64,000 nucleotides of DNA, taken from Antedon mediterranea (taxonomy: Eukaryota; Animalia; Echinodermata). Positions 39,501-50,908 of this stretch are shown piece by piece. Each line of letters starts with the position of its first letter. Positions within the stretch are counted from its first letter, which is position 1. The stretch lies in contig NC_092676.1 of NCBI RefSeq assembly GCF_964355755.1, positions 16,882,871 through 16,946,870 of the forward strand, given 5' to 3'. A program made the translations under genes and the position numbers. Below the pieces are notes generated by a model, which saw nothing but the letters and a program-made list of their open reading frames with translations, made no database searches and was not told the origin of the DNA.

Positions 39501-42229
39501 TTTTTATTTTATTTGACTCCTTATCCTTTCATTACATCCAATCCTCCCCTTGTTTTGCATGGATAAAATTCTTCAGATTACATTTTAAAATCATACATTC
39601 TTTTGTTTTATTTGTTTTTCTTTTAATTAAAATATACAATGAATTATAATCATTAAAGCACTCCGATTCCAATTTCACCAACATGTTTGACTGGGAGAAA
39701 CTAGTGTGCATTTTTGTGCCGAATTTTAATTTATTTAAGTTTATTTTTTATTCTCCTTTCCTTGCCATGTCAATTATAGAGTTTAATATTTATGTCATAA
39801 AAGCAAAGAACCAACATATTCTTGAGTTTAGCCTTAATATATAAAGTGTTAAAGAATCACAAACAAATGAAATAAGCCATTAAAACTTAAAAGGTTTGCC
39901 AGTGTAGACCAGTTTTCTGCTTTGCAGAAGTTAGGCCATCATGCACCTTCTTGAAAAACTGGTTTGCTGAAGATTGTAACTCAGCCAATCAAATAACAGT
40001 ATAGTAGTCATGTGATGCTAAAGATTAATAAAATGACAGTGTCCACAAACTAGTATAGTTATAGGCACCACAAACCTCTCCAAACAATGGTAAATTCGGT
40101 GTTGGCAAAACTAAAATTGCTAGTGTAGATTATCTTTACACTTTACTGACATTGTTGTCATTAGTGTCATGACAGTCTGGTGTTACTACAAAGGCAGCCT
40201 CAAAATTGCACTTAATTTGAGGTTGCAGCGTAAAATGACATAAACCTAGTTGGTTTTTTTGTGCATAATAACATTGTTTTTGTGGAGGAAAATAATCTAG
40301 AGTTTATGGAGAAAGTTGTATACCACAATCAATTATATAATACAATAGTTTTTATTTAGTCGTTTATTACCATGTGGGATGTGAAACATTAAGTCTGTAT
40401 GTACTTTATCAATGAAGTGTATAATTCTGCTCCAAGCAATTGATGCATTTTCGCCTGCTGTTAACCCCATCCGATGAGAACCAGCATTATTCTAGACAAA
40501 ATCTTATTACTGCTGTATAAGATATCCGTTAACTATTAGGAAGCATTCGCAGCATAAATACTTAATTTGATACTCTTCGGTTTACGCTATTTTCCAGAAA
40601 TAAGGTTCTCGATGCAAGTAACTAAAGTTTTTTGTGATGCTTGCGTATGCGGAGATAGATTTGTTTACAAAGTGGACGGAGCTTGCATGTTCAATATTGG
40701 GAAATAGCGTTACATGCTCCTGTGAAAGCTCCCTATTAAGGTCAAAGAGATAAACTCCATCAGTACAATTTACATTTTTATCATTACAGACGTAGTGCCA
40801 ATGATGTTGATCATTCTCTAGTCATATGTGAAGTCTCACCTCTTGTTTCTTATGCTGGAGAGGTATGTGTATTATAAGACTTTTTTGTAAAGATTTGCAT
40901 GACAAATAAATGCATAGTGATTAGGCACTATAAACTTAAGGTTTCCATGTACATCATGTATTTAAAATATGAAATAAAGTTGGGAATGTCAATACATTTC
41001 ATGTATGCTACCAGTAGATTTTGACCCCATCATTCCAGTGGAGTGTAACCAATGCCAGTGTTTACATTACATAAGGTACAGTATGGTTCAATCTGCCAAG
41101 ACAACAATGATGTCTTCATCATCGTTGTCTAGTTGAATAATACTAGTCCAGGTTAAACATGGACAGCCACATATATCACTAATGAAAAAACAGTTGATTT
41201 AAGTTGTTTTTTATGTGAATTTCTATAGCTTCGCTGGTTCATCATTTTTAGAAACACATGGTGTACTACAAACCTTACTTTTCTTAATAGTCTTATAATG
41301 TTAGCCTATACCTGTAGCTATTTAGTCTAGAGGACAACAATCTGTAAAGATGCTTAGAAATCAATGGAGGGGGAGTGGAATGTTAGAGGCTTGTGTATCT
41401 ACCTTATTTAGATCTGATTTTATGCACATTTTATATAAAAAGTTTTTGCCTCGTATTGGCGGTCATTTTTAAAAATGGCCGCCAATACGAGGCAAAAACT
41501 GAAGTGAGTCAACATGGCCTAGAGTGATCAGAAGGGATTTGTTAGGATATCTGGCTATGTTGACAACCTCTAACATACCACTCCCCCTAACTCATTTTTT
41601 TTTTCAAATTTGTTGCCTAGACTAATTCCATATAAAACGTTTGATAAATTGTTTAGAAAATGTATGTAAATATAAAAAGTAATCAGTATAAGATAACTGA
41701 ATTTGAATTACTGTATTTGTTATCATCAAATAGATGGAAGTAGATGACCAATAGGAAAACATTTGACATCAGAAATGTGTATTGTTAAAAGTCATTAAAC
41801 AACATTCAACAGTAATAATTAATAATAATAATCATATTGTATTTTCCACTGTAAAATTTGTAATTGAAGTTTTTCATCACTGATCATTTGGATTTTTAAC
41901 ATATCATTTGAACACTTTCCCCTTAGTCACTAGCTAGTTTTAGTTTGGCAAGAGGTTCTCTAAGTTCCCTATTAATGTATACCAGTTGACAAACTGACGA
42001 AAACTAGTTTGCAAAAGTTCGCAAACAGTGGCAAACACAGAGCAAACAAAAGTATAGATTAGGCTAAAGTTCCACATAAATTAAGCAAATTCCCTTATTG
42101 CAGTAAAGTGATATTTTCTTGTTTTTTTTCTTTCAGGGCTTAGAGGAAGTGGTAAGCAACAAGCGCTTTCAGTCACCTTTGCTGCTCACAGAGAAATATA
42201 TTAAAGATAAAGAAATGCAGATTAAATAG
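27590..42229 (+). CDS. UAP1: UDP-N-acetylhexosamine (GlcNAc) pyrophosphorylase; 502 aa from constitutive exons, up to 526 aa with the cassette exons
   Basis: Exons 27590-27860, 28480-28684, 29245-29420, 34389-34558, 35166-35359, 35719-35859, 36380-36565, [37321-37350], [38348-38389], 40790-40862, 42137-42229, all phase-consistent. Motifs [87 protein letters not shown]. Confidence 0.97.
30229..31254 (+). CDS. CR1 LINE ORF1 protein (PHD finger, coiled coil, RRM-like/CTD)
   Basis: CAICK...[14 protein letters not shown]...WSCDTC; [13 protein letters not shown]; IRLGK; [12 protein letters not shown]. Confidence 0.85.
   Translation: MAEGRPTTRGKARDRKDMELEPRFRPADARPRPSQPEQEATPQSVEGACAICKTIIGEKDKGVNCDICKRCFCLKCSKLSNKMYALLSDSEIKNFLWSCDTCLVQLPLLKKIAEINELQENMNARLNIVEKTQKDQALRASITNKNIEVIEKIQVDTRNNLIELKESYDLMDGKIKESVQEGIEEYRDRESRKLNIVIENLPESDNQSSQQRLKEDRVAIEKLFNECLEIEGVEITEVIRLGKYTEDGCRMARVSLDSLKSKREVMVNAKKLRSTDHAFLKNIYINPDRSKKERQMNYELRQELRSRKDNGEIDLVIRRGKIMKRDSELAFDRFRGPSSSS
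31447..34271 (+). pseudogene. CR1 ORF2 (endonuclease-reverse transcriptase) with one frameshift and two in-frame stops
   Basis: YTNA, ITE, IYRSP, GDFN, SDH (APE); [37 protein letters not shown] (RT); +5 insertion at 31840-31844; TAG at 32775 and 33333. Confidence 0.92.
34594..34893. mobile_element. MITE (~300 bp)
   Basis: TIRs AAGCTTGGTTCCCACTA / TAGTGGGAACCACGCTT with GCAAC/GTTGC subterminal repeats. Confidence 0.7.
36170..36195. mobile_element. 26-bp palindromic micro-element or excision scar with a 7-bp TSD
   Basis: TCACATG [CATGGAGGAAATATATTTCATCCATG] TCACATG. Confidence 0.7.
37321..37350 (+). CDS. UAP1: Candidate UAP1 cassette micro-exon A (30 nt; [10 protein letters not shown])
   Basis: Strong pyrimidine tract ttttcttccag, symmetric phase 2, open frame, AAG|GTGAAC donor. 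Confidence 0.6.
38348..38389 (+). CDS. UAP1: Candidate UAP1 cassette exon B (42 nt; [14 protein letters not shown])
   Basis: ctaaac branch-like site, tacag acceptor, symmetric phase 2, open frame, CAG|GTATAA donor. Confidence 0.6.
40538..40734. mobile_element. MITE with ATT flanks (PIF/Harbinger-like)
   Basis: att|AGGAAGCATTCGCA ... TGTGAAAGCTCCCT|att; termini related to 62917-63423. Confidence 0.55.
41368..41588. mobile_element. MITE with a central spacerless 60-bp palindrome
   Basis: TIR AGGGGGAGTGGAATGTTAGAGG / CCTCTAACATACCACTCCCCCT; palindrome at 41441-41500. Confidence 0.7.
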
Positions 42230-43079
42230 CTGATTATTTCAAAGGCTTCTACTTATCACCAATGATGTACCAATGAAGTTATTGTAATTCCTTCCATAGA
42301 AACCTAAAGTGGAAACTTGAACAATTTACCACCTTTAAATTAAAATGATTCTATTCAGAGGACATCCTTTTGAGGGGACACTTTCTTGTGAAACAAAAAA
42401 TACAGGGCAATATATGTTTTAACACAATCAACCCAGTTTGAAAATTGTATAGACAACTTCTTGTTGTAGGAAAGATTATAAATAACAGAAGCAAATTTTG
42501 AAAACAAAGTTTTTGTTCTTCACATGTTCTAGTAGGGTTTCCACTTTAGAGTTTTAATTGCCTTATTTAGATATATTTATAATTATGTTTGAAAAGTCTT
42601 GTATCAAGACATACTGTAAGTCTTCACTAATATATTATTGAATATCAAATATTAACCACTATTTGTTTTCTTTATACAAATATAATAATAATAATACCTT
42701 TCTGTCACATTTTTTTCTATAAATTTATTTTAGTGATTACGAATATTTGGAATGTTTCGACCAATGAGTTTATTTAATTGACGACCAAAAATCCACTATT
42801 GTTAATTCCAGTTTTTTACATATTTTCTCAAATCTTTGAGTGCTTTTGTATTCAAATTGATGTTTTTTTCTATTTTTATGACGTTTTTATACAAACCTCT
42901 CAGGTCAGTTTGCAGTATGATTTGTTTGTATAGAAGAAATTCATATAAGCCACTTTTATCATAAGCAATTGTTGTTCAACCAGCAAAAAAGTATAAAGTT
43001 TTGTGTGTAAAGTCAAAGATAATAAAAGGAGAAGATACAACAGTTCCGTTGGCGGCGTAAACCACATCCGGGTTACTAT

Positions 43080-43148
43080 TTGCCTACGCCTGAAGGTGGC
43101 GCACTTCTTTTTCGATAGAAGAAGTGTGCCACCTTCAGGCGTGGGTAA
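43080..43148 (+). other. 69-nt hairpin (32-bp stem, 5-nt loop) in the presumed UAP1 3' UTR
   Basis: ttgcctacgcctgaaggtggcgcacttctttt-tcgat-agaagaagtgtgccaccttcaggcgtgggtaa; the four non-Watson-Crick pairs are all G-U. Confidence 0.8.
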
Positions 43149-44449
43149 GGTAAAACTATCTATAAAAATGCAAACGATGATTATTTATCAAAATGATTAT
43201 CAAAATATTAATAATATCAAAATTAGTAGAGCACAGACGCGAGAACACATCAGATCCATCCAAACGTGGAATTAGACGGGAACCATATCTAGAGCCCGCC
43301 GTCGTTCGGCTGCTGGATTCTTACGCGTCCATGAAAGCACGTCCGCGTTTCCTATCCTTCTATATATAATAGCGCGTACTGTTGATTCTTTACCTATTTA
43401 TATTCTTTGGTAAAGTGTAATTATTTGTAAAATGCACAGCTCTGTATTAAATCTTTCCTTGACCAATGGCCCAAATATGTCCATTCGGCTTACTATTTGT
43501 AAAAAGAAAAGCATTTTTGCACATATGGCGTGTCATAACTCTACTTTAGCTGGAATAAAAATATCAAAATGGCCTCTGGTAACACTATCTAAACAGAAAC
43601 AATTTTCTGTGACAGTCAAGCTAAAACAATGCTCAAATCATGACATTGAGGTCTGCTTATCTGTACCATTTGCATTTCCTTCACATTCTTTAAAATTTAA
43701 AAAAAAAGCTTAGCATCTGATAAAAATCAACAAACATTCTTGTTTGATATCCCCAATATTTATTTATAGTGTAATGTAGCAATATTTTATTATAGTTTCT
43801 AACCAAAAATAAGGTGACTATTACATTTTCGAGATACTATCACATTCTCATCCATATTGCTTGTTTATGTTAATTATTTCAATTAAGTTGATGGTTTAAT
43901 CTGTTAGTTATAAGTTCTTTGCTTGTTAGTGTGCTTTTGCTAGTACAGTATAATGTTTAAAAGAGGTTAAATTTATGTATTTTTTTCTTGTATTTACTTT
44001 ATTCAGTTATTGACCTGAAGTTACATCAATTATCTTTATTATCAATCATATTTGAATAATAATGTTATGCTTTTGTAGTTTTTTTCTGATTAGTGTTAAT
44101 TAATGTTTCAGTTGTATTGGTAATAGTCTGTTAAGTATAATTTTGCTGTTTCTGGTTTGTATTGTAAAATTAATAAAACAAATAATAATATAATAAGTAA
44201 AATAATAAAATATATTACAACATCTTTACAAGATAAGAATTTTGACACTACGTGTCTATGGATTTCTGGTGGCGGCAAAACTATTTTAATTTCTGTATAT
44301 ACTGTACTATTGTATGAAATTCTTCAGTACTTGGTGTATTTTTGAGCTGAGGCTAATTTGAAATGATGACAATATTAATAATCATAATCCTATTTACCAT
44401 GTAGAATGTGTTTTAAATTATGGGCTGGACCACCTTGGTGTATTTAAGA

Positions 44450-44880
44450 TTGAGCCAAATTTGTCTAAGCATCCAAGGTGGACCACATTGAATGTCTAAG
44501 CATGGCACCACATTAGATATGTCTAAGCATGCACCACATTAGATGTGTCTAAGCATGCACCACATTAGATGTGTCTAAGCATGCACCACCTTAGATTTGC
44601 CTAAGCATCAACCACATTAGACATGTCTAAGAATGAATTCCAAAGGTTGTCTCTAAGCATGCACCACATTAGATGTGGTTAAGCATAAACCACATTAGAT
44701 GCGTCTAAGCATCAACCACATTAGATGTGTCTAAGCATGCACCACATTAGATGTGTCTAAGTATGCACCACCTTAGACATATCTAAGAATGGAATCCAAA
44801 GGATGTCTCTAAGCATGAACCACATTAAATGTGTGTTTAAACATGGCCCTTTTGGATGTGTCTAATGAAGCATGAGCCAC
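44450..44880. repeat. 26-bp satellite, array 1 (about 16 units)
   Basis: Unit gtctaagcatgcaccacattagatNt. Confidence 0.9.
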
Positions 44881-45346
44881 ATGGTCTGAACTATGGACCA
44901 CATTTAATGTGTTTAACAACTTTGGTGGATCTGTCGAGACCACCTTGATGTGTTCCACCTTGGAAGAAATAATGTGATTTTGTGAAAAGGGTTACAGTAC
45001 TGTATATCAATCTCATGATGTACAGAACATTATTTGTCGATTTTCTCTTATTTGCACCTGAGCCTTATCAATATAGAGTTATATTTGAATTATGTTTTTT
45101 TAAAATAAATCAAGGTTAAATTAAATAAATTGTGATAAAAAATTTCAATCACAATTTCTATTTATTTACATGTCTTTATTATAAAAGACTAAATAATTTT
45201 ATTGAAACAATGTTGTAATAAATTGATAACGAGATTATATAAATGCAAGTGTTTGAATGCTTTCTTTTAATCCGACCAATTTCAATGAATTGGACCGGGA
45301 GTATAAACACACGATGGGTTTCACATATTGTTACAGATGACGTCAA

Positions 45347-45633
45347 CCTTATTGATTTTGTCCTGGTTACCGTATTGATGACGTATATATATATATATAT
45401 TATTGATCTATTTTAGATCGAGTTGACGTGTCAGACAATAGATACATGACCTTTCATGATTTTTTTGGATTTATTACATAACCTTATTGATTTTTATTGA
45501 TTTTGTCCTGATCACCGTATTGATGACGTATATATATATATATATATATTATTGATCTATTTTTGATCGAGTTGACGTGTCAGACAATAGATACATGACC
45601 TTTCATGATTTTTTTTTTATTTATTACATAACC
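45347..45633. repeat. Tandem duplication of ~140 bp containing a (TA)n microsatellite
   Basis: ttattgattttgtcctg...gacgtatata...gagttgacgtgtcagacaatagatacatgacc...ttattacataacc occurs twice with different TA lengths. Confidence 0.9.
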
Positions 45634-47309
45634 AAATTTAAATGATGTTCCGGTATTTGCTTTTGATTGCTGCGCATGCGCCACCTGAAATCATATGCAG
45701 CGATATTGCGTGAAGTTTTCACTTCCGTAGAAAATGTTTTTAAAAAATAATAGAGGACAATAAAATATCCTTTTAAAGGGTCGATTTGACAAATGTCTCT
45801 TCAATTAAAAATCACAACGGTTTTGGTGCTAGTTAAAAAGACAAACAAAAGATGAAGATGGGATGAGTATAGTAAGATAGTAGCAATCGATAGACCTTTT
45901 CTCCATTTCAATTTCTTTTTTCATATCACTGTCTCAGCCGAAGCTGAGTTAATGCGTATTTACATTAAAATGTATAAAACGATAAAAGTATTTAAGAGCG
46001 GTTAGTAGACTACAAATATCAACCTATTTCATTAAAAAGTGGCCAAAAGCCAAAAAATGGATTTTCTTCATACTTTTGTTTAACAAAAAATATAACAAAA
46101 CTGAAATATTTTTTGGAAAAAAATATGAATGATTTGCCAGGGTAACAGGTGTGTGATTTTTCCTCCACAAAAAACGCAAATTTTACCATTTTCGCATGTG
46201 AATTTTCCCTTCTTTAGATATGGCACCTATGTAAAACGAAAAAGAAATTGTAAATTGTTTTTGTGAAATCTTTTTCTACCAATCTTGCTTTAATGTAAAT
46301 GCTTTTGGAAGAAACTGAACCAAACACCCTTATTTCAGCCCCAACAAACTCCACTAGTATCTAAAACATATAAAAATGATTTAAGATATGACTACTAAAA
46401 TTCTCATATATACGGTATATAATATATGATAGGCCTATACTTTGATTCATTTAAGCATCGTTATGCACATGTTTATAGCTATGAATATGTACCGTATGTA
46501 CACAAGTTAACAAAACACTGAGTTCTAGATTATTAAACAATTTTGGTTAGGGTTTGATCAAAAATAGCCATAAGTACAGTAGTAAAACATTTAATTTTTT
46601 ATATCAATGTATAGAGTAATTTCTACTCTACATTTCGGTTTTAATATTTGATTCAATTTGAATTCAGTTCAAATGCTATGCCATTACTTTGAATCTTGTG
46701 AAGGGATTGCCTTTACAAATTTAAATTTAGAAAAAAATAAATATAAATAAACTTAATAAATTATTTTAACAATAAAGACATAAAAAAATGAATATAATAC
46801 CAGTAAATAAAATTATGAACAGAAAAAAGTACAGCTGCAGGGCATAGAGTGAATATGATGACAAAATAGATATTAAAAGCTAAAGTCACGGAAAATGAAA
46901 CAACGACCATATCAAACAGATCGATTTAGTAATGAAAGTGAATAATAGGGAATACAATATAGGTCTTCTTGCAGCACATCTATACAAGAATTTGTTTGCA
47001 GAATATTACGTAATCAGATATAATAATTGATCATATTTCTTGACAGAAGCGATTTTGGTGAGTAGTTTGCACTACATACAAATTTGTTTTAGTGTATTCT
47101 AATATTTTCAATATTATTAATAACTCTTAAGTAAGGAAAGCCAATTACATGACTAGTGTGCGTTTTTAATAAAGCTACTGTAAAATAACTTCGAGATAGA
47201 TCGTTTCTGTCAAGTATTCATGTTGATTCCAAATTATCGTTTATTGTTTATTATACGCATTATTTTCAGCATTCAGTGTCTCTAAGATTAATTAAGCCGA
47301 ATTTGTCTG

Positions 47310-48585
47310 GACCAATTTGGATGTGTTTAAGTATGCACTATATTAGATTTGTCTAAGCATGCACCACATTAGATTTGTCTCAGCATGCACCACATTAGAT
47401 ATGTCTAAGCATGCACCACATTAGATATGTCTAAGCATGCACCACATTAGATATGTCTAAGCATGGCACTACATTAGATATGTCTAAGCATGGCAACACA
47501 TTATATTTGTCTAAGCATGGCACTACATTAGATTTGTCTAAGCATGGCACCACATTCGATTTGTCTAAGCATGGAGGTATCTCCATGGTCTAAGCATGGT
47601 ACCACATTAGATTTGTCTAAGCATGGAGGTATCTCCATGGTCTAAGCATGCACCATATTAGATTTGTCTAAACATGCACCACATTAGATTTGTCTAAGCA
47701 TGCACCACATTAGATTTGTCTAAGCATGCACCACATTAGATTTGTCTAAGCATGGAGGTATCTCCATGGTCTAAGCATGGTACCACATTAGATATGTCTA
47801 AGCATGCACCACATTATATTTGTCTAAGCATGCACCACATTAGATTTGTCTAAGCATGGCACCACATTAGATTTGTCTAAGCATAGCACCACATTGGATT
47901 TGTCTAAGCATGCACCACATTAGATTTGTCTAAGCATGGAGGTATCTCCATGGTCTAAGCATGGTACCACATTAGATATGTCTAAGCATGCACCACATTA
48001 GATTTGTCTAAGCATGGAGGTATCTCCATGGTCTAAGCATGGTACCACATTAGATATGTCTAAGCATGCACCACATTATATTGTCTAAGCATGCACCACA
48101 TTAGATATGTCTAAGCATGCACCACATTATATTTGTCTAAGAATGCACCACATTATATTTGTCTAAGCATGCACCACACTAGATGTGTCTAAGCATGCAC
48201 CACATTAGATATGTCTAAGCATGCACCACATTAGATGTGTCTAAGCATGGAGGTATCTCCATGGTCTAAGCATGGTACCACATTAGATATGTCTAAGCAT
48301 GCACCACATTATATTTGTCTAAGCATGCACCACATTAGATATGTCTAAGCATGCACCACATTATATTTGTCTAAGCATGCACCACATTAGATATGTCTAA
48401 GCATGCACCACATTAGATTTGTCTAAGCATGCACCACATTAGATGTGTCTAAGCATGCACCACATTAGATTTGTCTAAGCATGCACCACATTAGATTTGT
48501 CTAAGCATGCACCATAGATATGCCTAAGCATGCACCATATTATATGTGTCTAAGCATGCACCACATCGGATGTTTCTAAGCATGG
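47310..48585. repeat. 26-bp satellite, array 2 (about 48 units) with six interspersed CATGGAGGTATCTCCATG insertions
   Basis: gtctaag recurs at 26-bp spacing (e.g. 48421, 48447); insertions at 47570, 47622, 47751, 47935, 48013, 48246. Confidence 0.95.
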
Positions 48586-50386
48586 AAAAGTTAATAATAA
48601 ATTAATATAACTTTAGTAATTTAACTCTTCTCCGTCTCTGTACCATATTACATGTGCCTATTAAGTATAGATTACATTAGATGTGTCATAAATGTATTGC
48701 ATGAGCCACATTGAATATGTCTAATAGACCATGTTGTATGTGTCTAAGCATGCACCACATTAGATTGTTTGAACTATGGAGCACATTGGATGTGTTTAAT
48801 GTATGAACTCATGGTGGGCTACCTTGGTAGTTTTCTAGAAGAAAAATTTTGTGAAAAGGCTGGATTACAGTGTATAGCAATCTCATGATGTACATAATAC
48901 TATGTGTCGATTTCTTAATTGTTTGTACCTGATCCATAACATTAAGTTATATTTAAATTATGCTTAATGTCCCCAACACATGAACAACGGTATAACCTTT
49001 GACCACAATTTGAAAGTAATTTTGTAGTTTGTAATAAAGTTATTCACTTTCGAAGAAAATTAATGTGATTGCGGGGCGCCCTCGCAATCATCTTTTGACA
49101 GCGTGAGCACCTCATCCTTTTCAACTCACGCTGTAAACAGATTACCACGCCAGTTTTTGGCTAAGTAAAATAACATTAACATGGTTGCAGGGCCCTTTTC
49201 CCCTGCAACTTGATGATATCTGTCCACACACATTTTTCTTTCCGTCTTAATTGCACAAAGATTTTCTTACAGATACACCATGTCAGGACGGAAAAGAACT
49301 AACAAGAGGTAAAAAATACGGAATGGTCTTCTGGTTGACTATTTTTTTCTTGAACTTTTCAGGTATGTAGGCCTAAATAATTTACTTTAATCTACTAAGC
49401 TATTATGTCACATTATAATGAGCGACTTTATTCAGCAAATTACAGATTTGTAACTTTGACATTTTTTAGCCATAATACTCCTGATTCTCTAAAATATTTA
49501 CATTTTACAATACCACACATTGGGTCCGTAGTAGCTAAAAGTGGGCTGTGTTTGTATTGCGAAAGTGTATGAATATATAGAATGCTACCGAACTCAATAA
49601 TGAATGATAAAGAATTATCTCAAGTTCAATATTTTGTTTGAATTGAACATCAACGCGTCTATTTGTTCACTGGTTTTTATCGTTTCTCACTTGGGCTATT
49701 GGTTAATCCGAGCATTCAATTTCAAGACATTTTTGCAGAACATCTCTAAGAGTTTGTCACAGTAAACCCAACAACATTACCTATTTTATATATTTATAAT
49801 TAATTGAGCATAACGTGAGTTTGGTAAGTAATAATAATATGTTTAAATTTATTAATAAATGGCACATTGTAAAAGATGAAAACAACGTAGGCTGTGTCTT
49901 TGTTGAGAACTAGACACATCCGGACAGGCTTATATATTGATGCTATTGATTTGAATTTTTGTTCAATTTCGGCACCAAAAGAAATACAGAAAAAAAAAAC
50001 CAATATACCCTAATTTATAAAGTAAACATATTGTCAGCGAACTGGATCACTGTATAACGACTTTTCTTTTACATAAATACAAATAAATATAATTTTGAAT
50101 AGTTTAAAAAAATAAATATATAACAAAATCAAATAAAAAGATTCAATCGATTTAATTTATTTTCCACATACTACATCTACTACTACAACCAAGTACATGG
50201 AGGATGCATAGACTTAGATCTTTAAGCTAATAAGGCAACCTTAGAAAATAATAATAATTACAATAAACATAAAAGCAGTGAATAAATAAGTAAATAAATA
50301 AAGCAGGGGAGAATTTAGGTATCAAAATAGTGTTGACAAATCTTTTTCTTAAAAGCTAAATCCTTTAGGCCTATACACCGCGCGTC

Positions 50387-50640
50387 TCACTTGTGTTCGC
50401 CACTGTACTTTGTGCCTACGTTTTTTAGCAAGCATGTGTATGGTGATCCGCATGTGAAAAGTTTCGTTTTTATTGTTTGCCATTCATGTTGTGATGTGTT
50501 CCCTTTGTTCTTTCGCTTAGCCTCTCTCTCTCCAATTTTAGCTAGTGTGTGTTCATTTAATCTATGCATATGACCATACCATGTCAACCTTCTTTACGTC
50601 ATTCAATCTCTCCTTCTTTTTTTTATACAATTCTTTTTCA
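50387..50640 (-). mobile_element. Decayed RTE-like LINE C-terminal fragment
   Basis: Minus-strand TWYGHMHRLNEHTLAK resembles the W.GH..R motif of RTE ORF ends. Confidence 0.5.
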
Positions 50641-50908
50641 ATTTTTTATTTTCTCCGGCCACATTATACCTATTATTATCTTTGGGAATTTTCCTTGAAA
50701 GACATCGATTTCATGTTGTAGAGATACAGTACTGTCATTGTCCACAGTTTTAATATTACACAAAAATGTGCTTGTATAATGTATACGTTGAAGTTTAAAT
50801 GTATATTAGTGTTTACAAGATCGCAGTAATTGTTTGTAGATATATAACTCAATACGTATATTCTGTATACCTTTAGTGTAGAAGAATTAATTTTTACTCA
50901 CATTCACA

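Noticed and set aside
40598-40617. Third candidate UAP1 micro-exon (tttccag...gtaact)
   Set aside because: 20 nt would break the frame, and it lies within a MITE
47310-48585. CRISPR-like appearance of the 26-bp array with interrupting units
   Set aside because: No unique spacers, identical inserts, no cas genes, eukaryotic context
50196-50215. CATGGAGG start resembling the 7-bp-TSD scars (also CATAGAG at 57540)
   Set aside because: No closing inverted terminus or TSD found
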